Of a stretch of 64,000 nt of DNA, positions 1 through 13,523 are shown in pieces. Made by a program: the position numbers and the translations under genes. This DNA comes from the human T2T-CHM13v2.0 reference genome, Homo sapiens: assembly GCF_009914755.1 (NCBI RefSeq), contig NC_060947.1; one strand, written 5' to 3'. The notes under the pieces are model-generated. The model had not been told where the DNA came from and did no database searches. It saw nothing but the letters and a program-made list of their open reading frames with translations. Every line of letters starts with the position of its first letter. Positions within the stretch are counted from its first letter, which is position 1.

Positions 1-1
1 A

Positions 2-76
2 AGCCGGTCTGAAAAGCGCAATATTCGGGTGGGAGTGACCCGATTTTCCAGGTGCGTCCGTCACCCCTTTCTTTGA
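2..76 (+). CDS. C-terminal 24 codons of L1 antisense ORF0 (partial)
   Basis: Frame from position 2 reads SRSEKRNIRVGVTRFSRCVRHPFL-stop, ending at about L1 position 237, matching the end of primate L1 ORF0. The start lies outside the window. Confidence 0.75.
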   Translation, partial: SRSEKRNIRVGVTRFSRCVRHPFL

Positions 77-290
77 CTCGGAAAGGGAACTCCCTGACCC
101 CTTGCGCTTCCCAGGTGAGGCAATGCCTCGCCCTGCTTCGGCTCGCGCACGGTGCGCACACACACTGGCCTGCGCCCACTGTCTGGCACTCCCTAGTGAG
201 ATGAACCCGGTACCTCAGATGGAAATGCAGAAATCACCCGTCTTCTGCGTCGCTCACGCTGGGAGCTGTACACCGGAGCTGTTCCTATTC

Positions 291-300
291 GGCCATCTTG
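291..300 (-). promoter_or_regulatory. YY1 binding site of the L1 promoter
   Basis: CAAGATGGCC near L1 position +13 to +22, intact. Confidence 0.85.
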
Positions 301-504
301 GCTCCTCCCCCCAACAATTGTACTTTTCTTACAATTTAGCAAAAGCACCTTACATATTAAGGATATTTAGTCTTCGGCATACATTTTGCTAATATTTTGC
401 CTGTTTTTAAATAAACCTTTCTATGGCATTTTTTTTCTATTGTAGAGAAATTAGTAGTCAATGTATGCATCATAAGCATGTTTTTTCCTCCAATGCTTTT
501 TCTT

Positions 505-2545
505 TTAACTTTTTTATTTGGAGATAATAGATTCACAGGATGTTGAAAAGAAATGTGTAGGAAAGTCCCATGAGCTCTTCCCCTTCCTTGATGTTAACTT
601 GTTATATAACCACACTACAATACCCAAACCAAGAAAGTGGTATTGGTACAATCCATTGGGCTTATTCAGATTTAACCAGTTAAACATATATTCATTTGTG
701 TGCATAGCTCTATGCAGTGTAATTACATGTGTAACTTTGTGTAACCACCACCAAAATCAAGATACTCAACCATATGACTCCTTCGTGTTACCCTTTTACA
801 GCTACATCCGCCACCTCCTACCCCCGAATCCCTAACTCCTGGACACCAATAATCTGTTCTCTACCTCTATAATTATGTTATTTCATGACTGTTACAAACA
901 TGAAATCATGCAGATTGGCTTTTTCACTTCAGCATAATGTAATTGAGGTTCTTCCAAGTTATGTATCGAACTAGTTCCAATAAAGTTGCTGAGTAGGATT
1001 TTATTGTATGGATGGTTTGTTTAACCATTAACCCATTGGGTAGTTTCCAATTCTTGGCTATTACAAATAAGGCTGATGTGAACATTAATGTACAGGGTTT
1101 TATGTGAACATAAGTTTTCATTTCTTCGGGATAAATGCCCAGAAGTGTGATTTCTGGGTTGCATGTTTAGTTTTTTTTTTTTAAGAAATTACCAAACTGT
1201 TTTCCAGAGTGTACCATTTTACATTCCCATAAGCAATGTATGAGTGATAGAATTTCTCTGCATCTTCTCTAGTATTTGGTGTAGTCACTGTTTTTTAATG
1301 TAGTCATTCTGATAGGTATGTAGTGCAATCTCATTGTGATACTAACTTTCATTTCTGTAACAGCTAATAATGTTGAACATCTTTTCATGTGTTTATTCGC
1401 CATCTGTATATCCTATTCAGGAAAATGTCTGAGCATATCTTTTATCCATTTTTAAATTGTATTGCTTGTTTTTCTGCTGAGTTTTAAGAGTTATTTAGTC
1501 CTAGCGCCAGTCAGGACCTTAAGATGTTCTCATATGTTCTTTTCTTGAAGTTTTATAGTTTTATGTTTTACGTTTAAGTCCACAATCTACTATGATTTTT
1601 TTTTTATATAAGGTGTGAGACTTGAGTTGAGGTTCTTTTATTTTTTCATTATGGATGTCCAATTGCTCTGGTACCAATTACTGAAAAGATTATCCTTCCT
1701 CTATTGAATGACTTTTGCACTTTTGCCAAAGATAAGTTGACTATATTTCTGTGGATCTATTTCTGGGTTCTCTATTCTATTCCATTGATCTATGTATCTG
1801 TCCCTCCACCAATACCACATTGTCTTGATTACTGCAGTCTGGAAGTGATTTCTTCCCACTTAATTCTTCATTTTCAAAATTGTTTTGGCTCTCCTAGGGC
1901 CTGTATATTTCCATTTAAATTTTAGAGCAAGCTTGTTTATAATTATAAAAAAAATCTTGCTTATATTTTGACAGGAATTGCATTAAAACTATAGATCAAT
2001 TTGGAGAAAACTGACATCATTACTATGTTGAGTCTTCCAATCCATGAACATGATTTGTTTCTCCATGTATTTATGTCTTCTTTGATTTCTTTCATCAGCA
2101 TTTAATAATTTTTATCATACAGATCCTATACATATTTTGTTAGATTATACCTAAATATTTAAATTTATTTGAAGCTATTTTTGAAATGGTCATTTTTCAT
2201 TTCAGTTTCTGCATGTTTAAGTATATAGAAATATGATTGATTTTTGTGTGTTGATCTTGTGTCCTCTGACCTTACTGAACTCATTTATTAGTTTTCACGG
2301 TTTTATTATAGATTACTTGAGGTAGTCTATGTTAGGATGTCATGTATCTGCAAATAAAGAGTTTTATGTATGAATTTTATTAATTTTTCTTGACTTACTA
2401 TAATAGAATTTTCAGTACTATGATAAATAAGAGTGGTGAGAGTGGATGTTAAATAATAGTGGTAAGAATGGGCATCCTTGCCATGTTCCCTGTCTTAGAG
2501 GGAAGGCATTAAGTCTCACTATTAAGTATAATGTTAGCTGTGGAT
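505..2545 (-). mobile_element. Old L1M (L1MC/L1MD-like) 3' part
   Basis: Decayed ORF2 C-terminal similarity (CTLMFTSALFVIAKNWK in ORF 924-1121) and L1M 3'UTR-like sequence. Confidence 0.75.
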
Positions 2546-2718
2546 TGTAACAATTTTATTTGAAGAGAAAAATAAAATGTTTCAAAAAATCCTTCCAAAA
2601 CAAGAAAAAAAGAAAAGTAAGTAATAACCTATTTTTGAAAGGAACAAACCATTTTCCACAAAATAACTGTCCTTCAGAAGAGTACCCCCAAAGAAGATCA
2701 AGTCTCCTGTCCACTCAC

Positions 2719-2895
2719 AAGTGAAAAAGAGTGTGGTCTCATCCAGACGAATGGTCTTTGGCTTGATACATAAATCCACACTGGCAGTATCCAGGCTGCG
2801 CTGGTGAGTCTTAGAGTTGTAGCACGATGCTGAGCGGCAGTGGTCTCGAAGCCAGACGTAATCAAAGCGCATCACGGTATTAGCATATTTCAGCT
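2719..2895 (-). CDS. TMLHE: TMLHE exon 3 (177 nt, phase 1/1), GBBH-like N-terminal domain
   Basis: Acceptor ttttccctAG at 2897-2896; donor ACTT|GTGAGT at 2718-2717. Joined to exon 2 it reads ...HF-E-LKYANTVMRFDYVWLRDHCRSASCYNSKTHQRSLDTASVDLCIKPKTIRLDETTLFFT; WLRDxC motif of the TMLD/BBOX family. Confidence 0.96.
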
Positions 2896-3381
2896 CTAGG
2901 GAAAAGATCACATTTATCAGAACTATTTATTGAGATAACTTTAAAAAATCAGCATCCAGAAAACTTCCTTCTAAAAGTCTTCTACCAATAAGCAATAAGG
3001 GTTGAGGGGAGGGACTTGCCCCTTACCAGATATTAAAATATACTGTAGAACTTCTACAATTAAAATGGTGTAATGTTGTATTTAAATAGATAAAATGATG
3101 GAAGAGTATAAAAAGCCCAGAAATATACCCAAATGCATATGGAAATCTGGTATGTAATAAAGTGACAGCAAAAGTCATTGAGGAAAAAATGAATTTTTTA
3201 AATAAATGGTGTTGGGACAACTGATAGAACTTGGGAAAAGATAAATTTGTGTCTGTATGTCATGTTGTCACAAGGTTATCAAGATAAACTCAAAATATAT
3301 AGGAGTACTAAATTTAGAAAATGAAACCATTCAAGGATCAAAAGAAGGAAGCATAGGTGCGTAGAGGATATATATATGAGG

Positions 3382-5776
3382 TGATATGGTTTGGCTCTGT
3401 GTCCCCACCCAAATCTCATGTTGAATTGTAATCCCCAGTGTTGGGGGAGGGACCTGGTGGGAGGTGATTGGATCATGGGGGCAAATTTCCCCCTTGCTGT
3501 TCTCCTGAATGTGACGGAGCTCTCACGAGATCTGGTTGCTTTAAAGTGTGTACACTTCTGCCTTCACTTTCTCCTGCTTTGCCATGGTAAGGTGTGCTTG
3601 CTTCCCCTCACCTTCCACCATGATTGTAAGTTTCCTGAGGCCTCCCAGCCATGCTTACTGTACAGCCTGCAGAACTGTGAGTCAATTAAACCTCTTTTCT
3701 TCATAAAGTACCCAGTTTCAGGTTGTTCTTTATAGCCATGTGAGAACAAACAAACACAGAAAATTGTTACCAGAGAAGTGGGGCATTGCTATAAAGATAC
3801 CTGAAAATGTCGAAGCAACTTTGGAACTGGGTAACAGGCAGGGATTGGAACAGTATGGAGGGCTCAGAAGAAGACAGAAAGGCGAGGGAAATTTAGGAAC
3901 TTCCTAGAGACTTCTTGAATAGTTTTGACCAAAATGCTGATAGCGATGCAAACTGTGAAGTCCATACTGAGGTGGTCTCAGATAGAGATGAGGAACTTAT
4001 TGGGAACTGGAGTAATGGTCACTCTTGCTATGCTTTATCAGAGACTGGCAGCATTGTGCCCCTGCTCTAGGGATTTATGGAACTTTCAACTTCAGAGAGA
4101 TGATTTAGGGTATCTGGCAGAAGAAATGTCTAAGTAGCAAAGTGTTCAAGATGTGGCCTGGCTGCTTCTAACAGTGTATGCTCATATGCATTTGCAAAGA
4201 GATGGTATGAAATTGGAACTTATATTTAAAAGGGAAACAGTATGAAAGGTTGTAAAATGTGCAGTGAAACCATGTGGTGGAAAACAAACCATTTTCTGGG
4301 AGGAATTCAAGGCTGCAGAAATTTCCATAAGCAAAGAGAAGCCAAATGTTAATATCCAAGACAATGGGGGGGAAATGTCTCCAGGGCATGTCAGAGACCT
4401 TTGCAGGAGCCCATCCCATTACAGGCCCTGAGGCCAAGAGGGAAAAAAGAGTTTTGTGGGCCAGGCCCAGGGCCCTACTGCTCTGTGCAGCCTTGGGACA
4501 TGGCCCCCATGTCCTTTGGCTCTGTGTCTCAGCAGCTCCAGCTCTAGCCATGGCTAAAAGGGACCAAAGAACAGCTTGGGCCATTGCTTCAGAGGATGCA
4601 GGCCCCAAGTGGTGGCTTCCATGTGTTGTTGGGCCTATGGGTGCCCAGAAGGCAGGAGTTGAGGCTTGGGAACCTCCGCCTAGATTTCACAGGATGGCTG
4701 GAAATGCCTGGATATCCAGGCAGAAGTCTATTGCAGGGGCAGAGCCCTCATGAAGAACCTCTACTAGGGCAGTGTGGAGGAGAAATGTGGGGTTGGAAGC
4801 CCCACACAGAGTCCCCACTAGGGCACTGCCTAGTGGAACTATGAGAAGAGGGCCACCATCCTCCAGACCCCAGAATGGTAGATCCACCAACAACTTGCAC
4901 TGTGCACCTGGAAAAGCCACAGCCACTCAATGCCAGCCTGTGAAAGCACCCCCAGGGCTGTATCCTGCAAAGCCACAGGGGCAGAGCTGCCCAAGGCCGT
5001 GGGAACCCACCCCTTGAATCAGCATACCCTGGATGTGAGACATGGAATCAAAGGAGATTATTTTGGAGCTTTAAGATTTAACGACTGCCCTGTTGGGTTT
5101 TGAACTTGCATGGGGCCTGTAGCCCCTTGGCTTTGGCCAATTTCTCCCATTTGGAATGGGAGCATTTACCGAATGCCTGTACCCCCATTGTATCTTGGAA
5201 GTAACAAACTTGTTTTTGATTTTACAAGCTCATAGGTGGAAGAGACTTGCCTTGTCTCAGATGAGACTTTGGACTTGAACTTCTGAGTTAGTGCTGGAGT
5301 GAGTTAAGACTTTAGGAGACCGTTGGAAGGCGTGATTGGTTTTGAAATGTGAAAAGACATGAGATTTGGGAGGGGCTAGGAGTGGAATGATGGAATGATA
5401 TGGTTTGTCTCTGTGTCCCCACCCAAATCTCATGTTGAATTGTAATCCCCAATGTTGGGGGAGGGACCTGGTGGGAGGTGATTGGATCATGGGGGCAAAT
5501 TCCCCCCTTGCTGCTCTAATGATAGTGAGTTCTCATGAGATCTGGTTGTTTAAAAGTGTGTAGCACTTCCCCCTTTGCTGTCTCTCTCTCCTTCTCCACC
5601 ATGGTAAGACATGCTTGCTTGCCCTTTACCTTCTACCAAGATTGTAAGTTTCCTGAGGCCTCCTAGCCATGCTTCCTGTACAGCCTATGGAACTGTGAGT
5701 CAATTAAACTTCTTTTCTTCATAAATTAACCATTCTCTGGGAGTTCTTTATGGCAGTGTGAGAACAGGCTAATACA
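3382..5776 (+). mobile_element. Full MaLR provirus (MSTA/THE1D-type): 5'LTR 3382-3758, internal region, 3'LTR 5396-5776
   Basis: Two similar LTRs starting TGATATGGTTTG and ending ACA; internal region starts GAAAATTGTTACCAGAG; polypurine tract before the 3'LTR; 5-bp TSD tgagg/ggagg. Confidence 0.92.
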
Positions 5777-6554
5777 GGAGGTCCTTGTACTATTTTAGCA
5801 ACTAACCTTCTGTTAATTTGAAGTTATAGCAAAATAAAAAAATTACAAAAAAAACAAAGACTTTCTATACATCAGGTTACTCATTTAGAAAAGGTAAATA
5901 AAGTGTGTGACCCAATTTACAAAAGAAAAGAAAAAAATAAGTTATGCCTTCATATAATTCAAAAAAAATAAATTTCTGATGGATTAAAGTACAAAAAATT
6001 AAAACTGTAAAACATTAAATGTTGACAACCTTGAGGTAGGAAAGGCTGTTTTAATATGACACAAAAGGCACAGAGATAAATTAATCTATATTAAAATAAA
6101 TACCTTCTGTTCTGCAAACAATATAAAAGCAAAGTTAAAAGAGAAGTAACAGGAAAAATATTTGTAGCATAAAAGGATTAATATCCAGCATACAGAATAA
6201 ACCTCTGTGATCATTAAAGATAAAAACCCAACAGAAAAATAGGTGAAGGATATCAATAAGGAAAGTCACCAGAAGTGACGGGCAAACGTATGAACTGCCC
6301 CCAGCCTTGGTAATAATCAAAGAAATGGGTATTTAAACCAAAATGTGATACCATTTTATACCCATCAGAGCAATAAAAATTTTAAAGGCTGATTAAAATG
6401 TGTTTTAAAGGATGTGGGGAAAAATGCATACTTGCAAACATTGGTAGTAGGAGTATATATTGTTAAAGTTATACTAGATGGCAATCAGCAAGTTTCTATG
6501 AAAATAATTTAAAATGTGCATATTTGACCTAGATATTCACCTCTCAGTATTTAT

Positions 6555-7107
6555 TTTTTTCTCTTGTACTTTATTTATTTATTTTATCTTTTAATATTTT
6601 ATGTCAGTAGCTTCTGGGGCTCAAGTGGTTTTTGGTTACATGGATGAATTGTATATTGGTGAAGTCAGAGATTTCAGTGCACCCATCACCCGAGTAGTGT
6701 ACACTGAAACTGATATGTAGTTTTTTATTCTTTATCCCCCTCCTTCCCTCTCCCCTTCTGAGTCTCCAATGTCCATTATACCACTCTGTATGCCTTTGCA
6801 TAACATAGCTTAGCTCCCACTTGTAAGTAAGAACATACAGTATTTGGTTTTTCATTCCTGAGTTACTTCACTTAGAATAATGGCCTTCAGCTCCATCCAA
6901 GTTGCTGCAAAATACATTATTTCATTCTTTTTTATGGCTGAGTAGTATTCCATGGTGTATATATACATTTTCTTTATCCACTTATTGGTTGATGGGTACT
7001 GAGATTGGTTCCATATCTTTGCCATTGTAAATTGTGCTGTGATGAACATACACAAACAGGTGTCTTTTTGATACAATGACTTCTTTTCCTTTGGACAAAT
7101 AGTAGTG
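6555..7107 (-). mobile_element. 5'-truncated L1 (L1PB/L1MA-type) 3' end
   Basis: T-rich tail and ORF2 C-terminus (MEYYSAIKKNEIM); 17-bp TSD cacctctcagtatttat at 6538-6554 and 7108-7124. Confidence 0.88.
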
Positions 7108-7334
7108 CACCTCTCAGTATTTATCGTATAGAAAGTGTCACACATGTGGAGCTGCATATAAGGTTATTCATAATAGTGATGGTTATAATAGTAAAAATAA
7201 TTAGAAAAAAGACTAAATGTCTATCAGTGGGGAAGTGGAAGAATCGCTGAATAAACTGTGGTTTATCCACATTTTAAGATATTAAGCAATAGTTTTTAAA
7301 AACTGCTATACCTGTACCTCTCACATTCACTTTC

Positions 7335-7455
7335 ATTGGTATTATCATTCTCATTTTAAGGACAACTAACTAAAGCTCAGAGATGCTAAGTAACTTTGTA
7401 AGAATATAATCATTAGGTGGTAGAGCTAAGACATGAACCCAAGTCATGCAACCCC
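7335..7455. mobile_element. MIR fragment
   Basis: MIR core-like: ctcattttaagga...ctaaagctcagagatgctaagtaactt...agagctaagacatgaaccc. Confidence 0.6.
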
Positions 7456-7652
7456 ACAGCCTAGTACACTAATGTGTCTCAAAGTACAGCCTTGGGAATC
7501 TGGAGGTGATACTTCTTTTAGAAAAACACAGAGAGGAGCTTGGCAAATTTTCTCCCCCAAAAGTATTGATAAAACTGGCCAAACTAAAAAAGAACCATTT
7601 TAAGACTCTGGAAATTGTCCAAAGGTATACAGCAAATTGAGAAGTATTTATT

Positions 7653-8984
7653 ATATTTTTAATTTCTTTAGTAACCTTCATACTGTTTTCCATAATTGGT
7701 ACACCAATCTACATTCCCACCAACAGTGTACAAGAGTTCCTTTTTCTCCACACCCTTGCCAACACTTGTTATCTCTTGTCTTTTTGATAATAGGTATTCT
7801 AATGGGTGTCAGGTGGTATATCAGAGTAGTTTTGATTTGTATTTCTCTTATAATTAGTGATGTTGAGCATCTTTTCATATACGTGTTGGTCATTTGTATG
7901 TCTTCTTTGGGGAAATGTCTATTCAGATCCATTGACCATTTTTTAATTGGGTTATATGTTTTGTTGCTATTGAGTTGTATGAATTCTTTATAAATTTTGG
8001 ATATGAACCCCTTATCACAAATACAGTTTGCAAATATTTTTCCTAATCTCTAGGATATCTTTTCATTTTGTTGACTGTTTCCTTTGCTGTGCATAACCTG
8101 GTTAGTTTGATGTTGTCTCATTTATTTATTTTGGTTTTTGTATCCTAAGCAGTTGGTGTGATATCCAAAAAAATCATTGCCAAGGCCAATGTCAAGGAGC
8201 TTTACCACCTGTTTTCTTCTAGGAGTTTTATGGTTTCAGGTCTTATTCTTGTTTAAGTCTTTTATCCATTTTGAGCTGATTTGTGTGTAGGATGACAAAG
8301 GTCCAATTTCATTCTTTTACCTTCTGAGTATATGCCCAAAGGAAATGAAAGTACTACCTCATAAAGATACCTGCACTTCCATGTTCATTGCAGCATTATT
8401 CATGAAAGCCAAGATATGGAAAGAACCTAAATGTCTGTTGATGGACGAATGTATAAAAAACTGTGGTATATATAGACAATGGAATATTATTCAGCCTTTT
8501 AAAAAGGAGATCTTGCCATTTGCCATAATATGGATGAACCTGGAGGACATTATGCTAAGTGAAATAAACCAGATACAGAAAAAAAATTTGCATGATCTCA
8601 TTTGTATCCGGAATCTTAAAAAAAAAGTCAAATAAATATACAGAGAGAATAAAACAGTGGTTACCAGGGCCAAGGGTAGGGGCATGAGGGAGGAAATGGG
8701 AGATGTATGGCTAAGGACACAAAGTAGCAGATATGTAGAATGATCAGATCTAGATGTCTGTTATATAACAACATGAAGACTATAGTTTATAATAGTGCAT
8801 TATGTTTTGGATTTTTGCTAAATGAGTCAATGGTAGCTGTTCTTGCCACAAAAAAATGGGTAACTATGTGAGATGATTGATATGTTAATTTGCTTCACTA
8901 TAGTAACCATTTTACTGTCTATATGTATCTCATAATATCATGTCATATACTTTAAACATACACAATGCAATTTCTTTTAAAAAG
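7653..8984 (+). mobile_element. L1MA element with 5' inversion (inverted part 7653-~8320, sense part ~8321-8984)
   Basis: Antisense ORF2 piece joined to a sense ORF2 end/3'UTR; TSD gaagtatttatt (7641-7652) / gaagcatttatt (8985-8996). Confidence 0.8.
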
Positions 8985-9493
8985 GAAGCATTTATTTACA
9001 AAAAAACTACTGAACCTTGGGTAAAAACAGTGGGAATCTGTGGTGTATTTTAGCATGGGGTGCTCCCACTCCTATTCCTCCACCTCTAGCTCCAATCAGC
9101 AGTAGTTCCACGAAGGTGGGCTAAACCAAGAAAACCGGCAGCTTTGCTGTCAAATATGACTAACTTGATTTGGAGCAGAGCATGCATAAAACCCCCATGC
9201 ATCTGGGTGTTATCAAAAACAATTAGGGAAGCCATACTGGTTGGAGCAAACAACAGACCAGAAGAACAGGCAGAAATCTAACCAGGCTATATAGGGAGTG
9301 AGAAAGCTATAATGGGCCTTGAAAAGCTCCCACACATCCCTAGTATTTGGAAGGTTGCACATGCATGCAGTGCTGTATGCACACTGAAGAGAGACTGGAA
9401 ATGGCTCCAGTTATTTACATGTCTCTGGATGAAAATGAGGCTTTTTGTAGGAGACATGAGAATGACAGAAAGTAAAAACCAGGACAAACTTCT

Positions 9494-9891
9494 ATGGTTA
9501 GTCTGTTTGCATCATTATAGAGAAATACCTGGGGCTAGGTAACTTGTAAAGAAAAGAGATTTATTTGGCTCATGGTTCTGCAGGTTGTACAGAAAGCATA
9601 GTGCTGGCATCTGCTTCTGGTGAGGGCCTCAGGAAGCTTATAATCATGGCAGAAGGTGAAGGGGAGCTAACATGACACATAGTGAGAGAGAGAGCAAGAG
9701 AGAGTGAAGAAGTGCCAGGCTCTTTTAAACAACTGGATCTTGTCTGAATTCATTACTGAGGGGCAGGCACCAAGCCATTCATGAGGGATTTGCCCTCATG
9801 ACCCAAATACCTCCCATCAGGCCCCATTTCTAACATTGCAGATCACATTTCAACATGAGATTTGGAGGAGACAAACATCCAAACCATATCA
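9494..9891 (-). mobile_element. MST (MSTA/MSTB) solo LTR
   Basis: Ends ...caaacatccaaaccatatca (reverse of TGATATGGTTTGGATG); typical MST body. Confidence 0.85.
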
Positions 9892-10025
9892 CTTGTAAAT
9901 AGCTCAAACTTCAAGTGTATGCCTCAAACAACACACAGATCCTCTGGCAAAGGGTGGAAGCCTTATTACATTAAGTTTTTTAAGCATAACCTCTGATCAA
10001 TACTTGGCTGGCCTCTAAACTATAT

Positions 10026-10203
10026 CAGGAATTCCCAACCTGATGCCTCAACTAGGCCTATGGACATCTGGGCCAGATAGTCCTTTTGTCATAGGGACAG
10101 GTGTCAGCAGCATCTTCCTCTCCAGTTGTGACGACAAAAAATGTCTCCAGACAATGCCAAAGGTCCTCTGGGGGGCAAAATAGACCCCAATTGAGAGCCT
10201 CTG
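10026..10203. mobile_element. MER20 (hAT-Charlie) remnant
   Basis: ccagttgtgacgacaaaaaatgtctccagacaatgccaaaggtcctctggggggcaaaat...gagagcctctg. Confidence 0.75.
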
Positions 10204-10945
10204 GGCTATGGTGACCCCAGTGCAATGCTTAGGAAACCACAGTTAAAAATAAAAACAAGAAGTAAAAATAAAACCTGAGCAGAGACATCAGTGGCTACAC
10301 ACTGCAGGGCACAAAGACTCCACAGAATTACCCCAGACAACAAAAAAATACACAAAACAAACAAATACACAAAATACAAACAAATACACAAAAATATGCA
10401 ACAATTCCTCTGGGGACATGAGAACTCAGTTTCCATAAAATATTATCTAAAATGTCCAGATTTTCAACAACAAGAAAAGATCATGAGATATGTATAGAAA
10501 CAGAAGGGTTACCTACACACAGAAAAAAAGCAGGCATCAGAAACCCTCTGAGAATATTACAGAAAATCCTATTGCCTAAGTCAAACATGCAGATAGAAGG
10601 CAACTTACGTCCTGCAGAAAATGTCTTTCCCTTCTAATAGTCTTGAGCTTTACAGGAGAGAAGCAGAATGGACTATTGGGGCATCACCTCCATGTACCTA
10701 TATTATTTCCTCATTATAAGCCAACACTTGGTCTTTACTGAGTCATTTTGTCTGTGACAGCAGGCATGCCTTATACAAGTGCTTTCAAGGTATACCCCAA
10801 CTGGATGCTTGAAAATGTATAGATACTGAACTTAATTGAAAGACTGTCTGATACAACTGCTGATACTCTGAAATAGGGCTATTCATTTGGTGGTGCCCTA
10901 CAGTTGGAGTTCTTGTCCTAGGGTGTGTGGAATAATATGCAAAAT

Positions 10946-10947
<2 letters not shown>

Positions 10948-10991
<44 letters not shown>
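10948..10991. repeat. (GT)22 perfect microsatellite
   Basis: 44 bp uninterrupted GT run. Confidence 0.97.
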
Positions 10992-10994
<3 letters not shown>

Positions 10995-11234
10995 ATTTCT
11001 ATGGGGTCTATAACCTAAAAATATTGAGAACCCTTTCCCTAGAGTGACAAAAGTGTTTGAGTACCACTAACCCTTATTCAGTTTGGTCATTGCAGTGAGA
11101 TGATGCACAGTTCAACAAACTACAGCTTGTGGGTCAAATATAGTATGTGACCTATTTTGTTTGGCTTGCAAGATAAAAAATGGTTTTTACACTTTTAAAG
11201 TGTAATAAAACAAAAACAAAACAAAGAAAATCAC

Positions 11235-11735
11235 TGTAATGGTTAACTCTATATGTCAATTTGACTGGACCATGGGGTGCCCAGATAAGTGGCTAAACAT
11301 TAATTCTGTGAGAGTGTTTCTGGAGGAAATTAGCATTTAAATCAATAGACTGAGTAGAGTACATTGCCTTCTGCAATGCGGGAATAATTCTATCTGCCTG
11401 CTTGAACTGGGATATTGGTCTTTTCCTGTTCTTGGACTGAAACTTACATATCAGCCTTCCATTTTAGGCCTTTGAACTTCGACTAGAACTTAGAAAGGTT
11501 CTCCTGGTTCTTAGGCCTTCAGACTAAACTGGAATCATATCACCAGGTTTCCTGGGTCTCAAGCTTATGGATGGAAGACTGGTACTTTTTAGTTTCCATA
11601 ATTGTGTGAGCTGATTCCTTTACACACACACATACACATGCACACACACGTGCGCACGCACACACACACACACACACACATATATATCCCCCTATTGGTT
11701 CTGTTCTGTTTCTCTGGAGAACACTGACTAATATA
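11235..11735 (+). mobile_element. MLT2 (ERVL-class) LTR with internal CA-rich repeat
   Basis: Starts tgtaatggttaactctatatgtcaatttgactgg; ends cctattggttctgtt...tctctggagaacactgactaatata; CA tract at about 11622-11685. Confidence 0.8.
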
Positions 11736-13096
<1,361 letters not shown>

Positions 13097-13465
13097 TGTA
13101 ATAGACTGAATTGAGTCTCCCCTAAGTCCATATGTTAAAGCTCTAATCCCCAATGTGATGGTATCTGGAGATGGAGACTTTGGGAGATAATTAGGCCATG
13201 AAGGTAGATTCCTCATGATGGTATTAGTGCTCTTATAACAAGGGACAGGAGATGGAGCCCTTTATCTCTCCACCATGTGAAGATACAGCAAGAAGGCAGA
13301 GGGCAGCCTTCTGCAAGCCAGGAAGAGAGTCCTCACCAGAACTTGACTATGCTGGTGCCCTGATGTTGGATTTTGTAGCCTCCAGAACTGTGAGAAATAA
13401 ATGTCTGTTGTTTAAGCCACCTGGGCTATGGTCTTTTGTTAAAGCAGCCTGAGCCAACTAAGACA
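13097..13465 (+). mobile_element. MLT1A-type LTR
   Basis: tgtaatagactgaattg...aatccccaatgtgatggtatctggag...aataaatgtctgttgtttaagccac...ctaagaca. Confidence 0.82.
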
Positions 13466-13523
13466 ACCATGGGACAGAGATTGTACATGGCCCAAAAAAA
13501 GCCTAAAATATTTACTGTCTGGC

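Larger units (their letters stand above)
1..312 (-). mobile_element. 5' end of a very young L1 (L1HS-like) 5'UTR/internal promoter, continuing beyond the window start
   Basis: Reverse complement begins GGGGGGAGGAGCCAAGATGGCCGAATAGGAACAGCTCC..., near-identical to the L1HS 5'UTR with CpGs intact. A-rich probable TSD (AGAAAAGTACAATTGTT) lies immediately upstream. Confidence 0.95.

Noticed and set aside
102-392. 96-aa plus-strand ORF as L1 ORF0
   Set aside because: ORF0 ends at position 76; this is a different antisense frame running out into flanking DNA.
2582-2911. 109-aa ORF as a standalone gene
   Set aside because: It is TMLHE exon 3 plus read-through into flanking intron; splice sites delimit 2719-2895.
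3925-5017. Cluster of overlapping ORFs
   Set aside because: All lie in the GC-richer MaLR internal sequence, with no single coherent reading frame.
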